The position numbers and the translations under genes are program-made. The notes under the pieces are model-generated. The model was not told the DNA's origin. It saw only the letters and a list, made by a program, of their open reading frames with translations, and searched no databases. 64,000 nt of DNA from an uncultured cyanobacterium (GTDB taxonomy: Bacteria; Cyanobacteriota; Cyanobacteriia; Cyanobacteriales; Nostocaceae), in the NCBI GenBank assembly GCA_963740315.1, contig CAVUDP010000001.1, positions 576,001 through 640,000 of the forward strand, written 5' to 3'. Numbering within the stretch: the stretch's first letter is position 1; each line of letters opens with the position of its first letter. Of the stretch, positions 32,170 through 41,507 are shown one piece after another.

Positions 32170-32925
32170 TTAATTTATCAAGTTCATCTCAATTTCTAGC
32201 TTTTGCATTTTTATATTCAGCCAATCCTCAAAAATTTCGTCTCTGAGGGTTTGCTGGAGTTGCTCCGAAGCTAAGGAAGCAGGAAGCTTTTTTTCTAAGC
32301 GAAATAGATACCAATTATCTGCTAACTGTAATGGTCCGATTAATTCACCAACTTTTGCAGAATCAATATTAGACCGAATTTGGTCTGGTAGTTTTCCGCG
32401 ACTAACAGTACCCATCATCCCATTGAATATACTGTCTTCAGCAATTGAATATTCTTGAACTAATTCTTCAAATCTAGCTTCTTCTTCGTCTACTTGACTT
32501 TTAATTTCTTCGGCTAATTCTGATTCTTTTACTACTAATCGAGAAAGTACCACTTGGTCTAGAAATAATTTTTTATTGATAAAATATTCTTGCAACCTGG
32601 GTTCGGTTATTTCTGAAATAAGCTTCTCTAACTTTATACTTTTTGTAACTTGTCGAGTAAATTCCTCCTGATTTACTTCTTGTTGAGCAAGCCATCGTTC
32701 AAATTCTTTTTGTTCTTTCAGTTGATTTTCTCGGCGAAAGTTATTGACTGTTTCTTCAATGATATTTGAACTAACTACAGTTTTTTCAAGTTCTTGCTCT
32801 AGTATGTATTGGCGGATAATTTCACTAACAACAGAGCTTAATTGTCCTGATGTTTGCAAATAGCTCATTGCTTTAGTGAAAGTAATTGGCTGCTCACCAA
32901 CTTTTAGAAACGATTCAGTCTTCAT
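32170..32925 (-). CDS. PpiC/parvulin-type peptidyl-prolyl isomerase (foldase) associated with the T1SS
   Basis: FEELVQEYS...NGMMG...GELIGP...WYLFRLE. ATG 32925 with AGGA RBS; ORF-track extension to 33018 is unlikely. Confidence 0.85.
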   Translation of the reverse strand: MKTESFLKVGEQPITFTKAMSYLQTSGQLSSVVSEIIRQYILEQELEKTVVSSNIIEETVNNFRRENQLKEQKEFERWLAQQEVNQEEFTRQVTKSIKLEKLISEITEPRLQEYFINKKLFLDQVVLSRLVVKESELAEEIKSQVDEEEARFEELVQEYSIAEDSIFNGMMGTVSRGKLPDQIRSNIDSAKVGELIGPLQLADNWYLFRLEKKLPASLASEQLQQTLRDEIFEDWLNIKMQKLEIEMNLIN

Positions 32926-33048
32926 GATAATTTTTCCTGCTTGATATTTATAAATATGGTAAATTAACCTTGCGTAAAAGCAAGTATAGAAAATAATAGA
33001 TAAGAAGTAGCGAATCAAGTAGATATTTTAAATTGAAAATGAAAAAAA

Positions 33049-33225
33049 TTACATGACAATAACAAAGGTTGTTGTAACTCTATTGATTCTCGCTACATAT
33101 TTATTTTCTAGCAGAAATTCACTGTAATCAGCCAAATCATCAATTCCAATCAAATTGAGGATAATTTCAGCTATCAGCCAGATACTACTTTCGACCAATA
33201 GTTTTTTCCACCGGACTTTCTTCAT
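33049..33225 (-). CDS. 58-aa membrane-associated microprotein (below the ORF-track cutoff)
   Basis: MKKVRWKKLLVESSIWLIAEIILNLIGIDDLADYSEFLLENKYVARINRVTTTFVIVM; GGGAGAG RBS 5 nt upstream. The W..AEI.LN..G.D.LADYSEF pattern resembles a conserved cyanobacterial small protein (from memory). Confidence 0.75.
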   Translation of the reverse strand: MKKVRWKKLLVESSIWLIAEIILNLIGIDDLADYSEFLLENKYVARINRVTTTFVIVM

Positions 33226-33305
33226 GATTACTCTCCCAAACGTTAATGCAACTTTTAACTTAACTACTTTATACTAGTAAGAAATCGAGAAAAACTAGGG
33301 TAAGT

Positions 33306-33500
33306 TTAACAAGTAAGTTGAAGTTGTTTTTGTAAATATCCTTCCTCATCACATTGTTTTATAAGCTTTTTGTTTTCAACTATTGGCGTAAAAGTTATTA
33401 CACTTATTGTTGGTTCTTTAAATGTGCCATTCCATAAGTTTATAGCCAGCACAAATAGAAACATTATAGATACTTTTTCAACCATTGTTTTATCTTGCAT
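33306..33500 (-). CDS. Possible 64-aa small protein with one hydrophobic segment
   Basis: ORF in the same orientation as the cluster, with an N-terminal hydrophobic stretch; no recognisable motif. Confidence 0.3.
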   Translation of the reverse strand: MQDKTMVEKVSIMFLFVLAINLWNGTFKEPTISVITFTPIVENKKLIKQCDEEGYLQKQLQLTC

Positions 33501-33807
33501 TATTTTATATTCTTTGTTTACTGAATTTAAATTAAGATGTAATCGAGAATAAATAGGGAAGAAAAAGAATAACAGGAAGTAAGAAAAGATAGTTCTTCAG
33601 TACTTAGTATGCACTCAGTGTAAGCAAAAATCTTTAGAAGACTTGTTATGTAAGGATTGTTGCACTCCACAAATAACAACGATAACCAGTATCGTCTTTT
33701 TTTCCCGACTCCCTTCTTTCCCGACCCTCTTGTACGATTATTTAGGGTGTGTTGTCCGGGAGCGCAACGCAGTGTCCTCGCAATTTGCCTCTTTTACAAA
33801 TACCTAA

Positions 33808-33838
33808 TTTTATTCAAAAATCAAACCGGATTCCTATA
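33808..33838. mobile_element. Solitary MITE-like terminal sequence
   Basis: TTCAAAAATCAAACCGGATTCCTATA resembles a common cyanobacterial MITE end; no partner end found. Confidence 0.4.
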
Positions 33839-33854
33839 TGTTTGCCCATTACTT

Positions 33855-36800
33855 TCACCTAAGTGCTTTAATCGGCAATTCAATCGCAAATTCCGTACCT
33901 TGCCCAACCTCGGAAGAACATTGAATTTGACCGTGATGTTTTTCAACTACAATTTGATAGCAAATCAGCAATCCTAACCCGGTACCTTTACCTACATCTT
34001 TCGTAGTAAAAAATGGGTCGTAAATCTTATTTATTATTTCTTCTGTAATACCACAACCGTTATCGGCAATTTTAATTATAGCTTTACCATCGATCGCTGC
34101 GGTGCTAATTTCAATATTCAAAGCAACTTTTGCAGATTTATCTGAGGTATAAAACTTTTGTTCTAATGCATCAATGCTATTACTGAGAATATTCATAAAT
34201 ACTTGATTCAGTTGAGCGGGATAGCATTCTAATAATGGCAGTTCATCATATTTTTTGATAATTTCAATTCCCGGATATTCGCCATTTGCTTTTAATCGGT
34301 GTGCCAAGATAAGTAAAGTGCTATCCAATCCTTCATGAATGTTTGCTGCTTTCAAATCGGCTTCATCTTTACGGGAAAAGTTTCGCAACGAAAGCACAAT
34401 TTCACGAATACGCTCTGCTCCTATTTTCATTGAGTCGAGTGTTTTCGGTAAGTCGGAAATAATAAAATCAAGGTCAATCTCTTCAATTTCTGTTTGAATA
34501 TCTGCTGGTAATTTATCAATATTTTGGTGATAAAGATTAACTATTTTTAGCAAATCTTGAGTGTATTGGGTTACATAAGTAAGATTGCCAAAAATAAAGC
34601 TGGCAGGATTATTTATTTCATGGGCAACTCCAGCTATTAACTGTCCCAAACCAGCCATTTTTTCACCTTGAATCAATTGGGCTTGAGTCTGCTTCAATTC
34701 TTGTAAAGCTTGAGCAAGTTTTGTGGCTTGAGTTTTAGTTTTTTCTAATAATTCTGCTTGCTGAATTGCAATTCCTAATTGGGTGCCAACTTGTGCAAGT
34801 AAATCAACTTCTTCGTCTTTCCAATAGCGGGGTTGGGAGTTTTGATAAGCTACTAATAATCCCCACAATTTCTCACCTTGGGAAATAGGAACAAAAGTTT
34901 CGTTACGGGGTAAATTATCGTCGTCATCATCATCATCAGAAAATTCCAGTTGCACAATTGGTTTTGTATTAATTACAGGTTCCCAATCGTCTTTAAAGGA
35001 ATCTGCTACAAATTTACCCCTCCAATCGGAATTAAAGCGATAGATTGCGACTCGTTCGACTTCTAATAATTCTCTTACCGCTTGAGTAGTAGTTTTAAAA
35101 ATAGTTTTAATATCAAGAGACTGGCGGATTTTATCAATAGTTGCAGCTAGAAGCTTTTGCCGCTCCATTGCTTTTTCTCGTTCGGTGGCTTCTGCTAGCT
35201 GTACCGCTTGACTTTGAACTTGTTTTAAATACAAATCTTGCTTTAAAGCAATACTAAGTTGTTCGGCAATTTGGCTGATAAATTCAACTTCGGAAGATTG
35301 CCAGTTGCGAGTATTGCTGCATTGATGAATACATAATAAACCCCATAATTCACCTTCTTTTAATAAGGGTGCAACAACATTAGCGCGTACCTCAAACTTT
35401 TCTAAAATTTCTAGGTAGCAGTGTTTAAACTCTTCTTGATAAATATCCGCGATCGCATTGACTCTACCTTGCTGATAAAGTGGGGCAAATTTTTCGCTAA
35501 AGCAATGATCGTAAATTTTTGTAGCCATAGCAGAAGTCCAACCATCAGCGACATTTTCGTAAATAAATTCTCCTTGCCAATCATTTGCAGCGTTAAAACG
35601 AAAAACTCCGACTCGATCGACTTTAAGAAGTTGACGTACTTCGGTAACGGTAGTTTTGAAAATCGTTTCTAAATCTAATGATTCGCGAATTCGGGTAATG
35701 ACACCAGTTAATGCTTTTTGCTGTTTTGCTTGATAACGAGCTTTTGATAAAGTTTCATTATGCTGGAGAGCAACTCCTAAATTGTCGGCAATTTGACGGA
35801 TAAACTCAATTTCTTCTTGTTCCCAATTCCGAGCCTCACCGCATTGATGTACGCACAATAAACCCCATAATTTTTCACCTTTGAGTAAAGGCACAACCAA
35901 ATTAGCGCGAACTTGAAATTGACCTAAGATTTGCTGGTGACAATCGCTCAACTCTGCTGCGTAAATATCTGCAACTGCTTGTACTCTACCTTGTTGATAA
36001 TCAACCGCAAATTTGTCCCCAAAAGAATGATCGTGAACTTTGGCTGAAACAACAGAATCCCATTCCGAAGCAACACTTTCCCAAACAAATTCTCCTTCCC
36101 AATCTTGTTGAGGATCGAATTGAAAAACTGCTACTCTATCGGCTTTCAACATTTGCTGAACTTCGGTAACAGTTGTTTGAAAAATAGTGTCTAAATCCAA
36201 AGATTCCCGAATCCGGGTAATTACCCCAGTTAATGTTTTTTGTCGTGAGGCTTGACTTCGAGCTTTAGATAATAATTCGTACTGTCTTAAAGCTATGCCG
36301 ATTTGCGTCGCCATTTGGATAATTATTTCTACTTCATCTTCAAGCCAGATTCTTGATGCATTTTGATAAGCAACAATGATTCCCCAAAGCTTTTCTCCTT
36401 GCAAAATCGGAGCAGTCGCAAAACTTTTCGCTTCAATTTTTTCTAATAAGTTTATCTGAGGCTGTGTTAATTCAGCTTGATAAATATCATTAACAGTAAA
36501 CGTTTCATTAGAGGTGTATTGTCTACCTTGAGTTTGTTGCAAATAAGTATTAGTAATTATCGGTTGAACGTCAACTAAAGGAGTCCATCCTTCTGCAAAA
36601 GATTCAGCAACAAAATTGCCGCTCCAATCTGAATTAAAACGAAAAATAGCAATGCGATCGGCTTTGATTAATTCTCGTAATTCTTGAGTTGTTGTTTGAA
36701 ATATAGTTTCAATATCAAGTGTTCTACGAATTTTATTAACAATTTGAGTAATTATCTTGTCACGTTGAGCCGCTTGAGCTAATCTTAAAGCCTGTAATTC

Positions 36801-37379
36801 TAACTTTCTAAAGTATTCGGCTTGTTGAATAGCAACAGTAAAGTGTTCGCCAATTAACCGGACAAATTCAATTTCTGATTCTTTCCAATTACGAGTATTA
36901 CCGCATTGATGCACGCAAAGCAAACCCCACAAAATATTTTCTTGCAGTAGGGGAACAACAAGATTCGCACGCACCTGAAATTGAGCCAAAATTTCAGCAT
37001 GACAATCGCTCAAACCTGCGTCATAAATATCAGCAACCGCTTGTACCCTACCTTGTTGGTAACGAGCCGCAAACTGTTCCCCAAAACAATAATCGTGGAC
37101 TTTCTTGGCAATTACCGAATCCCAACCTTCAGCAACATCTTCTGAAACAAATTCCCCTTCCCAATCGTTTGTAATATCAAACTTAAATACAGCTACTCTG
37201 TCAGCTTTAAGTAACTCACGTACCTGAGTTGCGGTAGTTTGAAAAATAGTTTGTAAATCTAACGGTTGTTGAATTCTCTTAATTACACCTGCGAGTGCTT
37301 TTTGCTGTTCTAATTGTTCTTGAATTTGAGCATTTAAAATATTTGACTGTTTCTCTGATTCTATTTTTTTCGATATCAT
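33855..37379 (-). CDS. Five-GAF cyanobacteriochrome sensor histidine kinase
   Basis: GAFs with DYCF..CH, NTYLQ..PQ, DHSF..CH, DHCF..CY and a shortened fifth GAF; H-box AHEINNP; DPFFTTK..GKGTGLGL. ATG 37379 preferred as start. Confidence 0.93.
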   Translation of the reverse strand: MISKKIESEKQSNILNAQIQEQLEQQKALAGVIKRIQQPLDLQTIFQTTATQVRELLKADRVAVFKFDITNDWEGEFVSEDVAEGWDSVIAKKVHDYCFGEQFAARYQQGRVQAVADIYDAGLSDCHAEILAQFQVRANLVVPLLQENILWGLLCVHQCGNTRNWKESEIEFVRLIGEHFTVAIQQAEYFRKLELQALRLAQAAQRDKIITQIVNKIRRTLDIETIFQTTTQELRELIKADRIAIFRFNSDWSGNFVAESFAEGWTPLVDVQPIITNTYLQQTQGRQYTSNETFTVNDIYQAELTQPQINLLEKIEAKSFATAPILQGEKLWGIIVAYQNASRIWLEDEVEIIIQMATQIGIALRQYELLSKARSQASRQKTLTGVITRIRESLDLDTIFQTTVTEVQQMLKADRVAVFQFDPQQDWEGEFVWESVASEWDSVVSAKVHDHSFGDKFAVDYQQGRVQAVADIYAAELSDCHQQILGQFQVRANLVVPLLKGEKLWGLLCVHQCGEARNWEQEEIEFIRQIADNLGVALQHNETLSKARYQAKQQKALTGVITRIRESLDLETIFKTTVTEVRQLLKVDRVGVFRFNAANDWQGEFIYENVADGWTSAMATKIYDHCFSEKFAPLYQQGRVNAIADIYQEEFKHCYLEILEKFEVRANVVAPLLKEGELWGLLCIHQCSNTRNWQSSEVEFISQIAEQLSIALKQDLYLKQVQSQAVQLAEATEREKAMERQKLLAATIDKIRQSLDIKTIFKTTTQAVRELLEVERVAIYRFNSDWRGKFVADSFKDDWEPVINTKPIVQLEFSDDDDDDDNLPRNETFVPISQGEKLWGLLVAYQNSQPRYWKDEEVDLLAQVGTQLGIAIQQAELLEKTKTQATKLAQALQELKQTQAQLIQGEKMAGLGQLIAGVAHEINNPASFIFGNLTYVTQYTQDLLKIVNLYHQNIDKLPADIQTEIEEIDLDFIISDLPKTLDSMKIGAERIREIVLSLRNFSRKDEADLKAANIHEGLDSTLLILAHRLKANGEYPGIEIIKKYDELPLLECYPAQLNQVFMNILSNSIDALEQKFYTSDKSAKVALNIEISTAAIDGKAIIKIADNGCGITEEIINKIYDPFFTTKDVGKGTGLGLLICYQIVVEKHHGQIQCSSEVGQGTEFAIELPIKALR

Positions 37380-37777
37380 ATTTTTTACGATTAATAATTT
37401 GATATATATAGATACAGTATTGACAACCAAACTTCGTAAAGTAGAAGTTTATATATTATGTACTATATATAACATAACCCTAATATAGAGTTTAGTACAA
37501 ATAGAAGATTTTTAATTAAATTTGACAGCTATCAACATCATTTAATCGAAACTGCTTGATACTTCGTTATTTAGTTCGATGGAAATCAAAAGTATGTTAA
37601 GTTACTTTTGTTGGATTTCCATTAGATAAAATACTTAATTGTCATCAGGTTATGACAGCCGTCAGTCCATTTATCCTGCATATTGCATAGCTGTTTCAAA
37701 CTAAGTGTTTTGAGAGATACATTTGTGCAACTTGTATTCATACTTTATTGTTAACAAAGGTACTCACGCACAACAAA

Positions 37778-40132
37778 ATGAACAATTATTCTACCGAACA
37801 AATTTGGCAAATACCACCGCAACCGATCGACCAAATTTTGTCAGCAGCACCCCCACCACAAATTCGTATATCTCCCGATCGCCGGTGGATGGTAGAGTTG
37901 GAACAGTCGCAGTTAGTGCCCATCGCTTTACTTTCAGAGCCGGAAGTTGCTGTAGCAGGTTTTCGGTTGAATCCGCAAACTAATGGTCCGGCGCGTCATA
38001 ATACTTACTACAGTATGAAGATTAAGCCGGTATCTACGGAAAATGTCAAAATAATAGAACTACCGGAAAATCCCCGCGTTGGCTTTATAAAATGGTCTAC
38101 CGATAGTCAAAAGCTCGCATTTACCCTTACCCAAGCAACGGGTTTAGAACTTTGGATTTTGTACGTAGCCGATGGAACTATCCAACGTTTAACCGCACCC
38201 GTACTTAATGCTGCTTATGGAACTCCCTACCGCTGGCTTGATGATGAAACTTTAATTTGTAAGTTTGTTGCCCAGAGCGGTGAAGTTCCGACTTTACCTA
38301 ACGTTCCTCGGGGACCTTTAATTCAAGAAAATTTGGGTAGTAAAAAACCAACTCGTACCTATACAAATTTACTTAAAAATGCTCATGACGAGGCATTATT
38401 TGAATATTATTTAACTTCAACTTTAGAAAAAATTACTCTCGACGGCAACCGCACTCAACTAATTTCACCTTGTCTAATTAACGAAGCTATTGCTTCTCCC
38501 GATAGCAATTTTATTTTAATTTCTACTATACATAAACCATTTTCTTATCAAGTTCCCGCCGCTCGTTTTCCCAAACAAATATATGTAATTGATAATAACG
38601 GCAAGGAAATTTATCAAGTTGCAAATTTACCCCTTGATGAAGAACGTTCGATTAAATTTGATGCAGTACGTAAAGGTAGAAGACGCACATCGTGGCGCAG
38701 CGATGCAAAAGCGACATTAACTTGGGTAGAAGCATTAGACGAAGGCGATCCCGCTATAGAAGTTCCCTATCGCGATACTTTATTTACTTTAGAAGCACCC
38801 TTTACCGGCACACCAACCCAATTGTGGAAGTCGGAATATCGCTTTAACTCTGTAGTTTGGGGGAAAGAAGATGCAGCGCTGGTTTATGAAAAATGGTACG
38901 ATACTCGTCGTTACAGAACTTGGCGGATTTACCCAAATTATTCGGAATCACCAAAATTACTATTCGATCGCAGCTTTGAAGATAAATATAATGCTCCAGG
39001 AACACCTTTAACAAAGTTGGGAGACTACGGTTCTCAAGTCCTACGTTTTGCACCCGACGGTCAAAGTATATACCTTAGCGGACGCGGTGCATCTGCCGAT
39101 GGCGTGTATCCGTTTTTAGATAGTTTGAATTTAGAAACTCAGGAAACTCAACGACTGTGGCAGTGTCAAGATCCTTATTACGAAGACATTATCGCGGTAA
39201 TTGACGACGAAGCGCAAAACTTAATTACCGTGCGTCAGTCGCAAACCGAACCACCCAACCTGATGTTATTTTCTCGGAACGATAATTATACAAAGATACT
39301 TACAAACTACCAAGATCCCGCACCGCAATTAGCAGGAATTCATAAAGAATTAGTCCAGTATCAGCGAGCCGATGGAGTGCAGCTATCAGCTAAACTGTAT
39401 CTACCTTCCGGCTATAACCTCGAACGCGATGGTACCTTACCGACGATATTTTGGGTTTATCCTGAAGAATTCAAAGACAAAGAATTCGCCGGACAAATAA
39501 CCACACCCGAAAACACCTTCATCCGTCCCACCCGTGCTTCTGTATTATTTCTGCTCACCCAAGGATACGCAGTACTTTCCGGTGCCACCTTACCAATAAT
39601 CGGTGAAGGAGACAACGAACCCAACGATACCTATGTAGAGCAATTGATTGCCGGAGCGCAAGCCGCAGTAGATTATGTAGTACGCATAGGAATTGCCGAT
39701 CGCGATCGTATTGGTATCGGCGGGCACTCTTACGGCGCATTCACTACAGCAAATTTATTAGCCCACACCGAATTATTTTGTATGGGAATTGCCAGAAGTG
39801 GAGCTTACAACCGCACCCTCACACCATTTGGTTTTCAAGGAGAACAGCGTAACTTTTGGGAAGCGCAACAAACCTATATAGATATGTCACCCTTTACTCG
39901 TGCATCCCAAATAAAAGCACCATTATTATTAATTCACGGTGCAAACGATAGCAACGCCGGAACATACCCCTTACAAACTAAACGCTTATACGAAGCACTC
40001 CTCGGATTGGGGGCAACCGTGCGATGGGTTGAATTACCAACAGAAGCCCACGGTTATCGTTCCCGCGAAGCAGTTAGTCACGTACTTTGGGAAATGGTTA
40101 ACTGGTGCAATAAATATTTGAAAACTGTATAA
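37778..40132 (+). CDS. S9 (prolyl oligopeptidase-family) peptidase, glutamyl-endopeptidase-like
   Basis: GGHSYGAF nucleophile, GAYNRTLTPFGFQ, LLIHGAND and EAHGY. Confidence 0.9.
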   Translation: MNNYSTEQIWQIPPQPIDQILSAAPPPQIRISPDRRWMVELEQSQLVPIALLSEPEVAVAGFRLNPQTNGPARHNTYYSMKIKPVSTENVKIIELPENPRVGFIKWSTDSQKLAFTLTQATGLELWILYVADGTIQRLTAPVLNAAYGTPYRWLDDETLICKFVAQSGEVPTLPNVPRGPLIQENLGSKKPTRTYTNLLKNAHDEALFEYYLTSTLEKITLDGNRTQLISPCLINEAIASPDSNFILISTIHKPFSYQVPAARFPKQIYVIDNNGKEIYQVANLPLDEERSIKFDAVRKGRRRTSWRSDAKATLTWVEALDEGDPAIEVPYRDTLFTLEAPFTGTPTQLWKSEYRFNSVVWGKEDAALVYEKWYDTRRYRTWRIYPNYSESPKLLFDRSFEDKYNAPGTPLTKLGDYGSQVLRFAPDGQSIYLSGRGASADGVYPFLDSLNLETQETQRLWQCQDPYYEDIIAVIDDEAQNLITVRQSQTEPPNLMLFSRNDNYTKILTNYQDPAPQLAGIHKELVQYQRADGVQLSAKLYLPSGYNLERDGTLPTIFWVYPEEFKDKEFAGQITTPENTFIRPTRASVLFLLTQGYAVLSGATLPIIGEGDNEPNDTYVEQLIAGAQAAVDYVVRIGIADRDRIGIGGHSYGAFTTANLLAHTELFCMGIARSGAYNRTLTPFGFQGEQRNFWEAQQTYIDMSPFTRASQIKAPLLLIHGANDSNAGTYPLQTKRLYEALLGLGATVRWVELPTEAHGYRSREAVSHVLWEMVNWCNKYLKTV

Positions 40133-40243
40133 ATTTAAAAGATGAGCGGTTTGAGATTTCGGATTTGGGAAAATCAAAAATCTCAAATCCTTACAAGATT
40201 TAGGATTCCCCGTTGCCCATTTTTTCGAGAGTTGGCACTCATT

Positions 40244-40501
40244 TTAGGTTCCGTTAGCAGTTTCCACAGCTAAGCTAGGCTCTGGCTCTTTATATTTCTC
40301 GCTCAATTCAAGTAGAGCTTCCGGTTTAAATCTAATTGTTCCAGAGCTTGAATGCCGATAACGTTCGCCAACGAATACTGATAGTGTGATGTTAGTTTGA
40401 TCGGGATTAGTCACATACTTCACCGTACAAACCTGCATTTTATTATTGAAGTAGGCAATAATGCGATCGCCAGGTCGAATATCTAATGCTTGTATTTTCA
40501 T
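40244..40501 (-). CDS. Small hypothetical protein (predicted beta-rich)
   Basis: 85-aa ORF MKIQALDIRPGDRII..., same orientation as and downstream of nblA. Confidence 0.65.
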   Translation of the reverse strand: MKIQALDIRPGDRIIAYFNNKMQVCTVKYVTNPDQTNITLSVFVGERYRHSSSGTIRFKPEALLELSEKYKEPEPSLAVETANGT

Positions 40502-40542
40502 ACATACTATGGTAACACTTTAACGGATAGAAACAGAAATTA

Positions 40543-40758
40543 TTATTCCTCGTCTAATTCAACTTCATGGTCTAGAAGCTCTTCAAGTTCATTTGCAGCC
40601 TTATTATCGTGGCATTTATCATCGGGTTCATGGGATTTGAATCGACCACTGCTTACTATCCATTTAAAAACAGATTCACTGTCTCTGGGAGCAATAATCA
40701 ATGCTGGTTCCCCTATTGGTGCTTGATGAAGTGCGGGGTTTTTGTATTTCTTATTCAT
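40543..40758 (-). CDS. Small hypothetical protein with acidic tail
   Basis: 71-aa ORF NPALHQAPIGEPALII...W..SGRF; between nblA and the 85-aa ORF. Confidence 0.65.
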   Translation of the reverse strand: MNKKYKNPALHQAPIGEPALIIAPRDSESVFKWIVSSGRFKSHEPDDKCHDNKAANELEELLDHEVELDEE

Positions 40759-40977
40759 TTTTTTTACTTAAATGTACGATCGTCGTCCAGAAATCTAGAA
40801 AAAATCTGTTCGCGAAGTGATATTTGTAATTAAACTGAAAACTCTTTATTTTACTTAGATACCGCCGTCTTGTTTTATTTTGATACTTAGCCTTGAACCA
40901 AGCAGTTGTTTTGATAACCAGCTTGCGCGACTAGGATCGCAGTCTGTTCATCAGTCTGTAGGTAGCTAAGGACTTTA

Positions 40978-41172
40978 TTAAAAAGCTGTGCCTGAATCTA
41001 GATTCCATTCATGCATCAAAAGATTTCGGTACGTTGTTTCCTGAATCATCATTTGCTGATGCAACGCGATTAAGAGCTTTTGAGCTTGTTCGCGAGACAT
41101 ATGCTGTACTTGCGAGGCAAAGCTTTTGAGTCTCCATTCTTGTTCTAAAGATAATTCGATTGGTTCATTCAT
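40978..41172 (-). CDS. nblA: Phycobilisome degradation adaptor NblA
   Basis: MNEPIELSLEQEW...QVQHMSREQAQ..L....QQMMIQE..Y matches the NblA LSLEQ/MSREQ pattern; AGGAGA RBS before ATG 41172. Confidence 0.9.
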   Translation of the reverse strand: MNEPIELSLEQEWRLKSFASQVQHMSREQAQKLLIALHQQMMIQETTYRNLLMHEWNLDSGTAF

Positions 41173-41507
41173 CAATTTCTCCTGTACCAATAATCGGACT
41201 AAAGAAAACTAAAGTATCAATATCAGTACTTCACTACATTAATTTTGCTGGATAAAAGATTCCTACGGCAGTCTTCTGTGCCTGTCCGAAACAACAAGCT
41301 TCTAACTCGCTATTTACAACCAGCGAGCGAGATCGCGCTTCGCACTACCTTAACTCCTCAGAACTAATGGAAAGATTAGATATCTTTTTTAATTCATACT
41401 AAAAGTATAACATTTTTTTATAAACATTGCCAATTATCAAAATATTTGGTATTATTAAATATTTTATTAAAAAAACAGCGTTTATTATCCTATTCGCTCT
41501 CTTCGAG

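Noticed and set aside
33657..33977. 106-aa plus-strand ORF
   Set aside because: It spans repeat and MITE remnants and overlaps the kinase 3' end in antisense.
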